Numbered from the stretch's first letter, positions 20,934 to 32,083 are shown. The stretch: 64,000 nt of DNA from an uncultured virus (IMG/VR IMGVR_UViG_3300027749_002987) (IMGVR_UViG_3300027749_002987); one strand, 5' to 3'. The notes: generated from the sequence alone by a model not told the origin. Numbers and translations are program-made.

Positions 20934-21023
20934 CCAATAAGATTGCAATAAATTGCCCTTACTGTATAATAAGGGAATGGGCAATTTACTGATAAATATC
21001 TTATAATACAAGGAGTAGGTATA

Positions 21024-21596
21024 ATGGCCTCAGGATTTCAAAATGATGCAAATCAGCTACAAGCTGAAATGTACAAAGTGATTATTACTATGAGTAATAG
21101 CACTTATTACCCAACCGCAGATGGTAACGATAACGGCGGTGTTACACCAAACAGTTCAGACAGCTTTGCTACTCTGCCAACTACACTAGTTTTGGGAAAA
21201 GCCCGTGCTAGAGGAAATATGCGTTTTCGCAATATCGTTAACCGTTTAACAGGTCTAGGCGATTGCCAAGTACGTGATATTACTATTACAGAAGCTAACG
21301 GTGATGCACAGGCTACAAGTTTACAGTTTACAGTGAACTATGAGCGTCCAGCATTTATCGCACTCACTGGTACTGCCATCGACGGATCAACGGCAATCTC
21401 AACGACAGCTATTGCTATTAAAAATGCAATCGCACAAGGTATCCGTGATGTTACAACAGCGACTCAACGTGTGTATGATCCATCAAATGGCGACACTCAA
21501 GCAAGTATCACAGTAACAACAACAGGTGCAACTGCAAGCCAATCATACGGTACTGTGGCTGTTACATTAATTGACGAATCAACACTTTTTGATTAA
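21024..21596 (+). CDS. probable virion protein
   Basis: TAAATA upstream, AGGAG RBS, Thr/Ala-rich. Confidence 0.55.
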   Translation: MASGFQNDANQLQAEMYKVIITMSNSTYYPTADGNDNGGVTPNSSDSFATLPTTLVLGKARARGNMRFRNIVNRLTGLGDCQVRDITITEANGDAQATSLQFTVNYERPAFIALTGTAIDGSTAISTTAIAIKNAIAQGIRDVTTATQRVYDPSNGDTQASITVTTTGATASQSYGTVAVTLIDESTLFD

Positions 21597-21605
21597 GCAA
21601 CACGG

Positions 21606-22850
21606 ATGATATTAGCATACCTACTTCTTCTTACAGGTTTAACAATTTCAGCGGTCGCAATCTACTATTCAGTAGTAGGTTTGACCGCTATCTTTTCAGC
21701 GGCTGTGATTCCAATTATTATTATGGGATCAGCTTTAGAAGTAGGCAAACTGGTATGTGCTAGTTGGCTTAAAGAAAATTGGCACAAAGCCCCTGCGTAC
21801 ATGAAGTATTACATGGTATCAGCAGTGGCAATTCTCATGCTGATTACCAGCATGGGCATTTTTGGATTCCTGAGCAAAGCGCACAATGATCAAAACTTAG
21901 TGTCAGGTGATGTTCAAAGTAAGATTGCTGTCTATGATGAAAAACTTAAAACAGAAAAAGAAAATATAGATGCAAATCGTAAAGTTCTCAAACAACTTGA
22001 TGAGGCAGTGGACCAAGTTATGGGTCGCTCAACGGATGAAAAGGGTGCCGAAAAAGCAGTCGCAATTCGTAAAGCCCAGCAAAAAGATCGCGGTCGTATT
22101 ACTCAAGAAATTGCTCAATCGCAAAAGATCATCGCTACACTTAACAGTGAGAGAGCACCTATTGCGGCAGAGGTTCGAAAGGTGGAGGCCGAGGTTGGGC
22201 CAATAAAATACATAGCCAAATTCATCTATGGCGACCACGGCGCAGATGAAAACATGCTGGAAAAAGCAGTAACATGGATCATCATAATGATTGTTGTTGT
22301 GTTTGATCCGCTAGCAGTTATCATGCTACTAGCCGCGCAGATGACATTTGGTTGGAAGAAAGAAGAAGTTGAACCAGCACCTGTAAGTATCAATGACTTT
22401 GTACCACAGCCTACAGAATTTATTCCCAAAGAAGAATCAGCAGAGGGTAACAGCCTGACTACGGAGAGTAAAGTCAATATAGTTGATGAAGCTACTGTTA
22501 CAGAAATTGAATCACCATCTGAGCCAACACAACTATACAGTGATGTGGTTTCTGTTATAGATACGCCCCCTCCGCCTGCTATTGAAGATTCAGAACTAGA
22601 CAAGTGGAATAAAATGGTCGAAGAAGCTGAAAAGCATATCGCTGTAGAATCAACTGTTGAAGAACGTGTAGCCAAGGGTGAAACTTATATCAACACAGCT
22701 GGTGCAGAAGTGCCGGCAGTAGAAACTCCAGCCGATCAGCCTAAGACAATTTTGTTTTCTGATATAATGGGCGGAGAAGACGAATCTAAAAAAAAGACAT
22801 ACATGACCAAGGACGAAACTGGGCAGATACAGATAAAGAATCGAATATAG
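21606..22850 (+). CDS. multi-TM coiled-coil membrane protein; candidate -1 frameshift extends it to 23122
   Basis: 3 N-terminal TMs, coiled coil, VFDPLAV TM, A AAA AAG at 22790-22796. Confidence 0.7.
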   Translation: MILAYLLLLTGLTISAVAIYYSVVGLTAIFSAAVIPIIIMGSALEVGKLVCASWLKENWHKAPAYMKYYMVSAVAILMLITSMGIFGFLSKAHNDQNLVSGDVQSKIAVYDEKLKTEKENIDANRKVLKQLDEAVDQVMGRSTDEKGAEKAVAIRKAQQKDRGRITQEIAQSQKIIATLNSERAPIAAEVRKVEAEVGPIKYIAKFIYGDHGADENMLEKAVTWIIIMIVVVFDPLAVIMLLAAQMTFGWKKEEVEPAPVSINDFVPQPTEFIPKEESAEGNSLTTESKVNIVDEATVTEIESPSEPTQLYSDVVSVIDTPPPPAIEDSELDKWNKMVEEAEKHIAVESTVEERVAKGETYINTAGAEVPAVETPADQPKTILFSDIMGGEDESKKKTYMTKDETGQIQIKNRI

Positions 22851-23081
22851 GCTACATACAAAATCAAGAACAAACTACTAACACATTATGGGCAAGGGTA
22901 TCTGGTATCAAACCAAGAGACCAACTATACATAGAATATTCTAAAGATCAATTTAAAGATCTAAATGTTGATAAAGACACTGATCCCGAATTATTTGAAT
23001 TTATAGAAGATATAAAAGCAAATGGTCCAAGATTTTATGGTTATCCAGAAGAAAAAATAACATATTTTGAAGAGCGTATAT

Positions 23082-23507
23082 ATGAACTTAGGAAAAATAA
23101 CACTGATAACACCGCCGGATAAACTCTTCAATATGAGTTTAAGTTATCTGTTAGTGAAACCATCTAATCCAGTTAAAGAACAATTTCAAACTATTCTAAG
23201 TCATAGTATCGACGATATAAATGTGTTTATATTTGACCAAGACGATGTTGATATTGATTGGTTATTAAGTGTATCACAGCAAGTAGAAGTTATTATTATT
23301 GATATAGATAACTGTGATGGAGTAACCAGTCAATTTGTCACATACTTGTTAGCGCACCCTAACAGTCATTATATCACAAATGACGAAATCACTCCATATA
23401 ATCTAATAAGTAAGAATCGAATTTATGATTTGAATTGGATTGTTGAGCAGATAGCCAGTCATGAAGACGGCGATATTGAGGATGATGAAGATGCATCAGA
23501 AGAGTAA
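23082..23507 (+). CDS. hypothetical protein
   Basis: ORF within an operon. Confidence 0.6.
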   Translation: MNLGKITLITPPDKLFNMSLSYLLVKPSNPVKEQFQTILSHSIDDINVFIFDQDDVDIDWLLSVSQQVEVIIIDIDNCDGVTSQFVTYLLAHPNSHYITNDEITPYNLISKNRIYDLNWIVEQIASHEDGDIEDDEDASEE

Positions 23508-23721
23508 GGGAACTGGTATCTCAGTTCGGGAAGGCGAAAACATCAATGTAAGTCTTCGCCGATTCAAACGTAAAATTGAAGATGCTGGCACTTTGGAAAC
23601 ATTACGTGCCAAAGAATTTTACGAAAAGCCAACTACAGAACGCAAACGTAAAAAAGGTGCCGCCAAAAGTCGTTGGAATAAAAAGCTCAGAGATCAACAA
23701 CTTCCACCAAAACTCTATTGA
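23491..23721 (+). CDS. rpsU: 30S ribosomal protein S21
   Basis: V-x-[13 protein letters not shown]...EFYEKPT.ERKRKK. Confidence 0.9.
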   Translation: MHQKSKGTGISVREGENINVSLRRFKRKIEDAGTLETLRAKEFYEKPTTERKRKKGAAKSRWNKKLRDQQLPPKLY

Positions 23722-23752
23722 CATAATACATTAACAGTGTTATAATGTTTGT

Positions 23753-24334
23753 ATGAATACTGACATTATGATAGATTTGGAGACTCTAAATACAACTCCC
23801 GACGCAACTATCCTTACAATTGGTGCTGTAAAATTTGATCCTTTTGGGTCCGAAATTAAAGAACCTAAAATGGATAGTTTTTATGTGAAAGTAGATATAG
23901 ACAGTTGTGATCGAATTGGACTAACAACCAGTGATGCTACTATTGAATGGTGGGCACAACAAAGTAAAGAGGCACAAACTGCTGCCTTTGATCCCGAAGG
24001 AAGAATTGATATTGTTGATGCATTTAATCAACTGTACAAATTCTGCTGGGGTGCCAAACGTGTTTGGTCAAATGGGTCGTGCTTTGATGTTATAATATGT
24101 GAGCATGTGTTCCGTAAAATCAATAAAGCTATTCCATGGAAGTTTTGGGAAGTCAGAGACGTGCGTACAGCATTTGATCTAGGTATCAATCCACAACGTC
24201 CTCCCGTAACAGCACACCATGCATTGGAAGATGCATGGAACCAAGCAGTAGGAATTCAAAATGTCTACAATACTCTCAGAACTAGCACAACTAGCGGTGG
24301 CACTTACATCGCTCCCTTTGCCAACCAACGATAA
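23753..24334 (+). CDS. DEDD 3'-5' exonuclease (DUF5051/Rv2179c-like)
   Basis: MIDLETL, WSNG..FD, HHALEDA. Confidence 0.85.
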   Translation: MNTDIMIDLETLNTTPDATILTIGAVKFDPFGSEIKEPKMDSFYVKVDIDSCDRIGLTTSDATIEWWAQQSKEAQTAAFDPEGRIDIVDAFNQLYKFCWGAKRVWSNGSCFDVIICEHVFRKINKAIPWKFWEVRDVRTAFDLGINPQRPPVTAHHALEDAWNQAVGIQNVYNTLRTSTTSGGTYIAPFANQR

Positions 24335-24386
24335 TATGCACTATACAAATACAGACAATCCAATAGACTTTCCAAAGGTAACTACA

Positions 24387-24671
24387 ATGGACTCCCAAAC
24401 TAAAGAAGTAATGGACATTCTTCAAGAAGAGTGTGCAGAAGTTATTCAAGCAGTAAGTAAAATCAGCCGCTTTGGGCTTGATAATTTTAAGCCAGGAAAA
24501 CCCAAAACCAATAGGGAACATCTTGAAGAAGAGCTAGGCGATATGCTAGCTATGATTGATATCTTACACAGCATGGATATTGTTAGTTATACTAACATTG
24601 AACGTGCTCAAGAAGCTAAGATTGAAAAACTAAAAAAATGGTCAAATATTCAGAATTTAGAGAATATCTGA
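24387..24671 (+). CDS. MazG-like NTP pyrophosphohydrolase
   Basis: EECAEV...EELGD. Confidence 0.8.
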   Translation: MDSQTKEVMDILQEECAEVIQAVSKISRFGLDNFKPGKPKTNREHLEEELGDMLAMIDILHSMDIVSYTNIERAQEAKIEKLKKWSNIQNLENI

Positions 24672-24679
24672 GATAAATA

Positions 24680-24739
24680 AATTTGTAGAACGCCGCGAGG
24701 GTCTACAAATTTCTTGCTTAATTAAAGGAGATTATTATG
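24680..24739 (+). promoter_or_regulatory. ROSE-like RNA thermometer candidate in the dnaK leader
   Basis: Hairpin followed by TTCTTGCTT, complementary to the AAAGGAG SD. Confidence 0.5.
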
Positions 24740-26644
24740 AGCAAAATCATCGGTATCGATTTAGGTACAACAAATAGCTGTGTAGCGATCCTAGAAAACG
24801 GAATTGCTAAAGTAATTGAAAACAGCGAAGGTGCTAGAACAACACCATCAATCATTGCATATACAAAAGACGAGATCCTAGTAGGTGCAACAGCAAAACG
24901 ACAAGCAGTCACAAACCCAAAGAACACAATCTACGCCAGCAAACGTCTTATTGGACGTAAGTTTGACGAGAAAGAAGTACAAAAAGACATTGACTTGATG
25001 CCATATACTATTGTCAAAGCGGACAACGGTGACGCTTGGATCGAAGCCAACGGCGAAAAGCTAGCACCACAACAAGTGTCAGCTGAAGTACTTCGCAAAA
25101 TGAAAAAGACTGCTGAAGACTATCTAGGTTATGCAGTAACGCAGGCAGTAATTACTGTACCTGCGTACTTTAATGATAGCCAACGTCAAGCTACTAAAGA
25201 TGCAGGTCGTATCGCTGGCTTAGAAGTATTGCGTATTATCAACGAACCAACAGCGGCCGCACTGGCATATGGTGTGGACAAAGCAGACAAGAAGGATCGC
25301 AAGATTGCGGTATACGACTTGGGCGGTGGTACATTTGATATCAGCATTATTGAAATTGCCAATGTGGAAGGCGATAAGCAAATTGAAGTGCTCTCCACAA
25401 ATGGCGACACCTTCTTGGGTGGCGAAGACTTTGACCAAGTAATTATGGATTACCTAGTTGACGAGTTCAAGAAAGATAATGGTGTTGATCTGAAGCAGGA
25501 TGTACTTGCTCTTCAACGTTTGAAAGAATCCGCAGAAAAGGCCAAGATTGAACTATCCAGTGCCGCAAGCACAAGCGTTAATTTGCCTTACATCACGGCA
25601 GATGCAACAGGTCCTAAACACATGAATGTAACTATCAGCCGTGCCAAGTTTGAGTCAATGGTTGAAAAGCTAATTGCTCGTTCAATTGAGCCATGTAAGA
25701 TCGCTATGACTGATGCTAAAGTAACAGCCGCAGACATTGACGAAGTTATCCTAGTTGGTGGACAAACACGTATGCCTAAAGTGCAGGAAGCAGTTGAGAA
25801 ACTGTTTGGCAAGGCTCCACGTAAAGACGTAAACCCAGACGAAGCAGTTGCCGCCGGCGCCGCCATCCAGGGTGCCGTTCTAGCAGGCGATAAGACAGAC
25901 GTATTGTTGTTAGACGTTACTCCGTTGACACTAGGTATTGAAACAATGGGCGGAGTGTTTACCAAGCTGATTGCCAAGAACACCACAATTCCAACTAAGC
26001 ACTCACAGACTTTCTCAACAGCAGAAGACAATCAACCAGCTGTAACTATCAAAGTTGCACAGGGCGAGCGTGACTTGTTTAGATACAACAAATCACTAGG
26101 TGAGTTTAACTTAGAAGGTATTGCCCCAGCAATGCGTGGTACTCCACAAATTGAAGTTACACTTGACTTAGATGCTAACGGTATTCTTAATGTAAGTGCC
26201 AAAGATAAAAACACTGGCAAAGAAAATAAGATTACTATTAAATCCGACTCAGGCCTAACTGAAGCTGAAATCCAACGTATGGTTAAAGAAGCTGAAGAAA
26301 ATGCAGAGTCAGATAAACAGCAAAAAGAGTTAATCGAAGCACGTAATCAAGCAGAATCAACTCGTCACTCTTTAAACAAAGATTATGACGAGTTCAAAGA
26401 TCAAGTTACTGAACAAGAACGTACTGATTTTGAAACTGCTAGAACTGCATTAGATGAAGCGGTGGCTGGTGAAGACAAAGAAAAAATAACTGAAGCAGTT
26501 ACTAATTTGTTTGAACAAGCTGGGCCGTTCATCACTAAGAAACAGGAAGCTGAATCTGCCAAAGCGGCAGAACCTGTACAAGCAACCGAAGGTGAAACTG
26601 TTAATGCGAGTTTTACAGAAGTTGACAAAGAAGAAAAGAAGTAA
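24737..26644 (+). CDS. dnaK: Hsp70 chaperone DnaK
   Basis: [17 protein letters not shown], full length. Confidence 0.98.
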   Translation: MSKIIGIDLGTTNSCVAILENGIAKVIENSEGARTTPSIIAYTKDEILVGATAKRQAVTNPKNTIYASKRLIGRKFDEKEVQKDIDLMPYTIVKADNGDAWIEANGEKLAPQQVSAEVLRKMKKTAEDYLGYAVTQAVITVPAYFNDSQRQATKDAGRIAGLEVLRIINEPTAAALAYGVDKADKKDRKIAVYDLGGGTFDISIIEIANVEGDKQIEVLSTNGDTFLGGEDFDQVIMDYLVDEFKKDNGVDLKQDVLALQRLKESAEKAKIELSSAASTSVNLPYITADATGPKHMNVTISRAKFESMVEKLIARSIEPCKIAMTDAKVTAADIDEVILVGGQTRMPKVQEAVEKLFGKAPRKDVNPDEAVAAGAAIQGAVLAGDKTDVLLLDVTPLTLGIETMGGVFTKLIAKNTTIPTKHSQTFSTAEDNQPAVTIKVAQGERDLFRYNKSLGEFNLEGIAPAMRGTPQIEVTLDLDANGILNVSAKDKNTGKENKITIKSDSGLTEAEIQRMVKEAEENAESDKQQKELIEARNQAESTRHSLNKDYDEFKDQVTEQERTDFETARTALDEAVAGEDKEKITEAVTNLFEQAGPFITKKQEAESAKAAEPVQATEGETVNASFTEVDKEEKK

Positions 26645-26656
26645 TATAATAAACAC

Positions 26657-26716
26657 CCGGGGCGCCTATGATAGGGCCCCGTAAAGTTCTTGCTTAACAT
26701 AAGGAGATATAACATG
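26657..26716 (+). promoter_or_regulatory. ROSE-like RNA thermometer candidate in the small-HSP leader
   Basis: Hairpin followed by TTCTTGCTTA, complementary to TAAGGAG. Confidence 0.5.
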
Positions 26717-27139
26717 TCAGGAATGCAACTTAGAACTATTAACCCAGCTGACCTAGCACAGATTAGCAGAGCCCTAGTAGGGTTTGATCAGTATTTTAAT
26801 AATACTAGAACACACTCAAACTATCCTCCACATAATATTGTGAAGTATAGTGATAGTGATTATGCTATTGAAGTAGCAGTAGCTGGATTCAGCAAAGAAG
26901 AAATCACAGTAGAAGTAGACCAAGATCAATTGGTCGTACGTGGTGTAAAGTCAGAAGCAGATACTGATACTAAAGAGTATCTGCACAGAGGATTAGCCGC
27001 ACGTAACTTTGAACAAAATTGGACTCTTGCCGAATACATGGAAGTAAGAGAAGCTGAAGTAACAGATGGAATGTTAATCGTTCGTATCGAGCGAATCATG
27101 CCAGAAGCACTGAAGCCTCGACAAATTGTAGTTAAATAA
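26714..27139 (+). CDS. small heat shock protein (IbpA-like Hsp20)
   Basis: NYPPHNI, AVAGF, YLHRGLAAR.F, DGML. Confidence 0.92.
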   Translation: MSGMQLRTINPADLAQISRALVGFDQYFNNTRTHSNYPPHNIVKYSDSDYAIEVAVAGFSKEEITVEVDQDQLVVRGVKSEADTDTKEYLHRGLAARNFEQNWTLAEYMEVREAEVTDGMLIVRIERIMPEALKPRQIVVK

Positions 27140-27181
27140 TCAACCGGGGGAGGAAACTCCCCCTCTTAGAAAGAGAAAATA

Positions 27182-27481
27182 ATGTCCACTGATATTCAGA
27201 TCGAAGAGAAGATCAAAATTAAAGCTACAGAGCCAAAGCGTTGGAAAGTTATCTTATTGAATGACGACTCGACTCCTATGGAATTTGTAATATCGTTGTT
27301 GATCAGTATCTTTAAACATACTCATGAAACGTCCCAAGAAATTATGCTACAGGTTCATGAAACTGGCAGTGGTGTAGCTGGTCTATACAGTTTTGAAATT
27401 GCTGAAGCCAAGGCTGTTGAATCAACACAACAAGCTCGAACTGCAGGTTACCCACTACAAATTAAATTGGAGGAAGAATGA
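27182..27481 (+). CDS. clpS: Clp protease adaptor ClpS
   Basis: KVILLNDDSTPMEFV, ML.VH..G, YPL. Confidence 0.92.
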   Translation: MSTDIQIEEKIKIKATEPKRWKVILLNDDSTPMEFVISLLISIFKHTHETSQEIMLQVHETGSGVAGLYSFEIAEAKAVESTQQARTAGYPLQIKLEEE

Positions 27482-28029
27482 GCCTACGAGATTTAACTCA
27501 TGAAGCGCATAAAAATGCTGAGCGTCAAGAATTTGTAAAAATATTGTTTTCAGGTAATATTAATCCTAAACTCTATGCTACATTTTTAAAAAATCAGCAT
27601 CCACAGTATGAAATTTTAGAAGTATGCGCAATGATGCACGGGCTACTAAGTGATATGCCGGAGATTCGTCGAGCACCTGCAATACTTGACGATTTTATTG
27701 AACTATGGGGTTCTGACAGTAAAGAAATGCCAAATATGTGTCCCACTGTACAGAAGTACATGGATTACATCATGAGCATTAAAGATCAACCTGAACGATT
27801 AATGGCACATATCTATGTGCGCCACATGGGTGACCTAGCTGGCGGACAAATGATTGCCGCTAAGGTGCCCGGCAAAGGCAAAATGTATAAATTTAATAAT
27901 CCGGACGAACTTAAGGCAACTATTCGTTCAAAAATTAACGACAATATGGCAGACGAAGCAAAAGTGTGTTTTGAATTTGCTACAGAAATGTTTAAAGAAA
28001 TGCTAGAAATTGCCAATGACTTCAAGTAA
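27478..28029 (+). CDS. hemO: heme oxygenase
   Basis: T.EAH..AE, AHIYVRHMGDLAGGQ. Confidence 0.9.
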   Translation: MSLRDLTHEAHKNAERQEFVKILFSGNINPKLYATFLKNQHPQYEILEVCAMMHGLLSDMPEIRRAPAILDDFIELWGSDSKEMPNMCPTVQKYMDYIMSIKDQPERLMAHIYVRHMGDLAGGQMIAAKVPGKGKMYKFNNPDELKATIRSKINDNMADEAKVCFEFATEMFKEMLEIANDFK

Positions 28030-28702
28030 AGTATGGGATACATTAATAGAAATTCAGCATCTATTGGAGAGCGAATTTGGCCGGACTGGGAGTGAAATTT
28101 TCGAGCCTGGAATGGATCGTTTTAACCAACCTGGTTGGGTTAATCGTGTATGGACTTCTGATCGCTATCGCCGTGCTCATATTGATGTGGTTGATGCGCG
28201 AGATTCTAAAGGACTCTGGATGATGCACTGTTGCATCTTCCCACATACGCATAATCCTGCGCCAATATTTGGGTTTGATGTAGTAGCTGGTAAGAACAAA
28301 ATGACTGGTTGCTTTCATGACTTTTCAAAAGCTGGCGATCCTGAACATCCGCTAATGGACTGGTTTGCAGACGAAGCACAAAAGCTAGAATGGAATAAAA
28401 CTCGAAAATTACCTGACTGGGCAGAACGTATTTTTAGCCCTAGCATGATTGCCGCTGGTAATGTTAGTGAAGAAGCAGAATTAGAGCAAATTTTTGCCAT
28501 GGCTAGGCACAATCTAGCGCATTATTTAGAATCAGTAGCTGAAACTAATAATACAGCTAACGATACTACAGCAGAACAAAATTACTACTGCGAAAATCAA
28601 AAGCAAAACCCACACACACCGCGTGTTATGATTAGTTTGGGACTAAGTGAGGAAGATGTACAAGTATTCATACAAGAATGCCTGTTCCCGGAACTAGCAT
28701 AA
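28016..28702 (+). CDS. pcyX: ferredoxin-dependent bilin reductase (PcyX/PcyA-like)
   Basis: RRAH, MHCCIFP, PIFGFD, YCENQKQNPHT; follows hemO. Confidence 0.8.
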   Translation: MTSSKVWDTLIEIQHLLESEFGRTGSEIFEPGMDRFNQPGWVNRVWTSDRYRRAHIDVVDARDSKGLWMMHCCIFPHTHNPAPIFGFDVVAGKNKMTGCFHDFSKAGDPEHPLMDWFADEAQKLEWNKTRKLPDWAERIFSPSMIAAGNVSEEAELEQIFAMARHNLAHYLESVAETNNTANDTTAEQNYYCENQKQNPHTPRVMISLGLSEEDVQVFIQECLFPELA

Positions 28703-28712
28703 ATATTACACT

Positions 28713-29915
28713 ATGCGTGTAATTGATATTATTAATGAAATGGCCACTTTGAGTAGAGCACAATTGCTCGATCCTCGTACCAAGTGGCGAGCCGACGTTT
28801 TACTGAAGAAAGTTGCCGACGGTGCCACAGTTGAAATTGAAGAAAAAGTAGACGGTAAAATTGTAAGAACTCCAGTTAAGTTAGACAACTCCCCAGAAGA
28901 AGTAGCAAGAGTTTCTGCTTGGTTAAATGATCCAGCTCAGCAGGCTAGCGGTAATTTAATTCTGGCAACACGCAATAAAAAATATCCAGTTGTTTCTCTT
29001 AATAAAATAGCCAAAGACAAAGATTTTGGCGGTGAAGAACTAGCTTCTCGTGAGCGAGTAGAACAGGGACAGATTGAGTCAATCAACCAGCATATAATAC
29101 AAAATGCACGTAAACTTGGGTCAAAAACTATTAGCTTAAAAGTAGGCAACAGAATTGTAGATGCCGGAGGTGTATTTAAAGCTACTCCTGGAGTCAAAGC
29201 AGATGCCCAAATTGTTGATGGAGCAAGTAACCCGGTTGCATGGATCAGTCTGAAAGACGGCCCTGGACCCAAAGCCATTGCAGGTTGGGGCGGTATTACA
29301 CACCCTCCGGTTGTCCATCATCCTGAGATTCAAGACTTTATCTCACAATCGCAAATACTGTTTGGCAAAGAGGGAATTCCTAAAGCGACCTCAATGGGTC
29401 GTGAAATAAACGATACAACCTTAAAAAATCAAATTATTTTTGGTAAGAAATTTGGAGGTGACCCAGGCCCTAGCAATGTTGATGCAGTAATGGCGGGCGA
29501 CATCCAAATTAAAAAAATAGATAAAGATACATTTGAAATCTACGGTACTGATAATACTTGGCCAAATGGAATCACTCCAGACGGTACTTTTGATCCTGTA
29601 TTAAATATTTCTTACAAGGGCGATAGAGATAACGCTGGTATTCCCGGAGCAAGGATATCAGTACAACCCATTGGCGGACGTAGATGGGATCCAATTGATG
29701 GCGAAATTAAAAAGCTAGCGAAAAAGAAACCAGCTAAAAAAGCCAACACAAAAGAACTTCCGCATGATGGCGAGCGCAAGTTACCTGTACCTCCGACTAA
29801 GGCCGTTAAACCAGTCAAACCTGTTGCTCCAGTTCCCGCAGTACCTACAACACCAGTAACTCCTACAGTAAACACTACTGATATCCCAGAGGAAGAGTTA
29901 GCATATAAAAGCTAA
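28713..29915 (+). CDS. hypothetical late protein, possible PD-(D/E)XK-like fold, Pro-rich tail
   Basis: TAAATA upstream; KAD...ISLK. Confidence 0.5.
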   Translation: MRVIDIINEMATLSRAQLLDPRTKWRADVLLKKVADGATVEIEEKVDGKIVRTPVKLDNSPEEVARVSAWLNDPAQQASGNLILATRNKKYPVVSLNKIAKDKDFGGEELASRERVEQGQIESINQHIIQNARKLGSKTISLKVGNRIVDAGGVFKATPGVKADAQIVDGASNPVAWISLKDGPGPKAIAGWGGITHPPVVHHPEIQDFISQSQILFGKEGIPKATSMGREINDTTLKNQIIFGKKFGGDPGPSNVDAVMAGDIQIKKIDKDTFEIYGTDNTWPNGITPDGTFDPVLNISYKGDRDNAGIPGARISVQPIGGRRWDPIDGEIKKLAKKKPAKKANTKELPHDGERKLPVPPTKAVKPVKPVAPVPAVPTTPVTPTVNTTDIPEEELAYKS

Positions 29916-29957
29916 TATTCGCCCGGTAAATATATAAAGTATTACCGGGAGCGAACC

Positions 29958-30731
29958 GTGGATCCTATCACCTTATTTGCGCTAGCAAACACAGCCGTTG
30001 CGGCTGTTAAGAAAGGGTGTCAATTATACAAGGACATCAAAGGTGCCGCGGGCGATGTAAAAGCTGTGCTCAAGGATCTTGACGAGCAGTTCAATAGCAA
30101 TCACAAAGACAAGCCTGCTACAGTTACGCAACGTAACGCCTACATAGAAGAAAAAAATCGGGTAATAGAATTAAACAAGAAGGGCGGCGAAACTGTGGGC
30201 ATCTATACAGAAATTGGCAACCACCTTGGTGCGTACTACGACAACCTAAACAAGTGCATGGCAATCTTTGCTGAAGAAGAACGCAGAAGTAAAACTGAAG
30301 TTTATACTGGAGATGATAGCTTAGGTAAACGTGCATTACAACGTGTGTTAATGAAAAAGCAGTTGGAACAAATGGGCACTGAACTGCGTGAGATCATGGT
30401 ATATCAGAGTCCACCAGAGTTGGGTGCGCTTTATACGGAAGTAGAAGAGATGATGAGGGTACTAGGCAAGGAACAAAAAGTTCTTATCGCCATACAAATG
30501 CAACGAGAAGCTGTTCAACAAAAAAGACGTGCGGCACGCATGAAACATCTTAGAGACGAATTTATAATAGGTGTAATAGTCGTTATAATAATATTTGCTG
30601 TGGGCGGAATGATGATGTGGGTGGCCTACGATCGTCAACAAAAGTATCCGCAATATGGTACTGGATTATTTCCTAAAAGTGAAAAGCAACGGCACCAAGA
30701 AGCAGAAACTCAGGTATATATAGGGCGCTAG
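29958..30731 (+). CDS. coiled-coil membrane protein
   Basis: MDPIT start, C-terminal TM. Confidence 0.65.
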   Translation: MDPITLFALANTAVAAVKKGCQLYKDIKGAAGDVKAVLKDLDEQFNSNHKDKPATVTQRNAYIEEKNRVIELNKKGGETVGIYTEIGNHLGAYYDNLNKCMAIFAEEERRSKTEVYTGDDSLGKRALQRVLMKKQLEQMGTELREIMVYQSPPELGALYTEVEEMMRVLGKEQKVLIAIQMQREAVQQKRRAARMKHLRDEFIIGVIVVIIIFAVGGMMMWVAYDRQQKYPQYGTGLFPKSEKQRHQEAETQVYIGR

Positions 30732-30821
30732 GTGTTGATATTTTTACATGTCAAAATTATAACACTATAGTATTATTTTTGTAAAATTCGGGTTAAATAC
30801 TATGTTAAAGGAGCGACAACC

Positions 30822-31202
30822 ATGGATGTAGAACAAATGAAGGAGCAGATGAGTGCCAACGCCAGCAAAGGCGCACTGATCGAAAAAGTAACATTTGCAG
30901 TATTGCCAATCATGTTTGCCTGTGTGGTGTACTTGATGAATGCGTTGAGTGCTGTTAATCACAACTTGACCATTCTTGAAAGCAAGATGCAGTTGGTGGT
31001 GACATCAGACAACAAGCAAGCACCAAACATGGGTGCTGAACTGGCCCGTGAAAAACTGCGCCAAGACTTCATGCAGGGCAATCAAGAAGCCATGGCCCGA
31101 AGCGGTGCCAACAAAGCAATCCTTGACACACTAGTATGGCGTGTTCAAGAGTTGGAAAAGCACAAAGACAAACAAATGTCCAGCAGTGGTGGGAAGAAGT
31201 AA
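30822..31202 (+). CDS. membrane-anchored coiled-coil protein
   Basis: One TM; AAGGAG RBS. Confidence 0.6.
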   Translation: MDVEQMKEQMSANASKGALIEKVTFAVLPIMFACVVYLMNALSAVNHNLTILESKMQLVVTSDNKQAPNMGAELAREKLRQDFMQGNQEAMARSGANKAILDTLVWRVQELEKHKDKQMSSSGGKK

Positions 31203-31249
31203 TATAATTGTAACTGTTTAACTCTTTCCTATTATATAAATACTTAACT

Positions 31250-32083
31250 ATGAAAAAACTACTCACTTTATTATTTGTACTGGTTGCATTTGGAGCTACT
31301 CCGGCTCTGAGCCAAGCTCAATTGGCCACATCAACAGTACCACTACCCGCAGATATTGCCGCAATTAAGAAAGCTAATGTTCTTGTTGTGGCAATGACTA
31401 AAAAAGATGTTCCACCGTTTTTCAGCGGCGAAGGTGACAACTTACACGGTCTTGACGTTGAGATTGCTCAACGTATTGGTGTCTTACTTGGTGTTCCTGT
31501 CAAGTTCAGACGCGATGCAGAAAGTTTTGCAGAAGTTGTGGAACAGGTGCGTGACGGTCGTGCTGACATTGCTGTTAGCAAACTGTCAGTAACAGGTCCT
31601 AGACTACAAGTTGTTAGATTTAGCGATCCTTATGTTCGACTAAAACAAAGTTTGATTGTTAACCGTTTATGGCTGAGTCAAAACAGTCAAGGCAAAGAAA
31701 CATATCAAGTTATCAGAGATTTTAATGGCAAGATAAGTTTTGTCAAGAACTCCAGTTACGACACGTTTGCTCGTATTAATTTCCCCAATGCCACTTACCT
31801 TCCTGAAGAAAAGTGGGAAGTGATTATTGATAAAGTTACTCGTGGAGATATCGCTGCCGCTTATCGTGATGAATTTGAAATTAAGAAAATTTCGTTTGAG
31901 AAGCCCGATGCCGCGATCAGCACCAAGACCATTACAATCAGCGACAGTGTGGATTATATTGCCATAGCAGTGCATCCTAAAGCAATTCAATTATTAAGCG
32001 TTGTTAACTATGTTGTTAAAAATGAATACAGCGACATTAACACTAAAAAGTTAATGGAACGCTACAAAGCTGAAAAGAAATAA
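31250..32083 (+). CDS. periplasmic amino-acid binding protein (SBP family 3)
   Basis: Signal peptide, PPF, G.DVEIA, G.ADIA.S. Confidence 0.85.
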   Translation: MKKLLTLLFVLVAFGATPALSQAQLATSTVPLPADIAAIKKANVLVVAMTKKDVPPFFSGEGDNLHGLDVEIAQRIGVLLGVPVKFRRDAESFAEVVEQVRDGRADIAVSKLSVTGPRLQVVRFSDPYVRLKQSLIVNRLWLSQNSQGKETYQVIRDFNGKISFVKNSSYDTFARINFPNATYLPEEKWEVIIDKVTRGDIAAAYRDEFEIKKISFEKPDAAISTKTITISDSVDYIAIAVHPKAIQLLSVVNYVVKNEYSDINTKKLMERYKAEKK

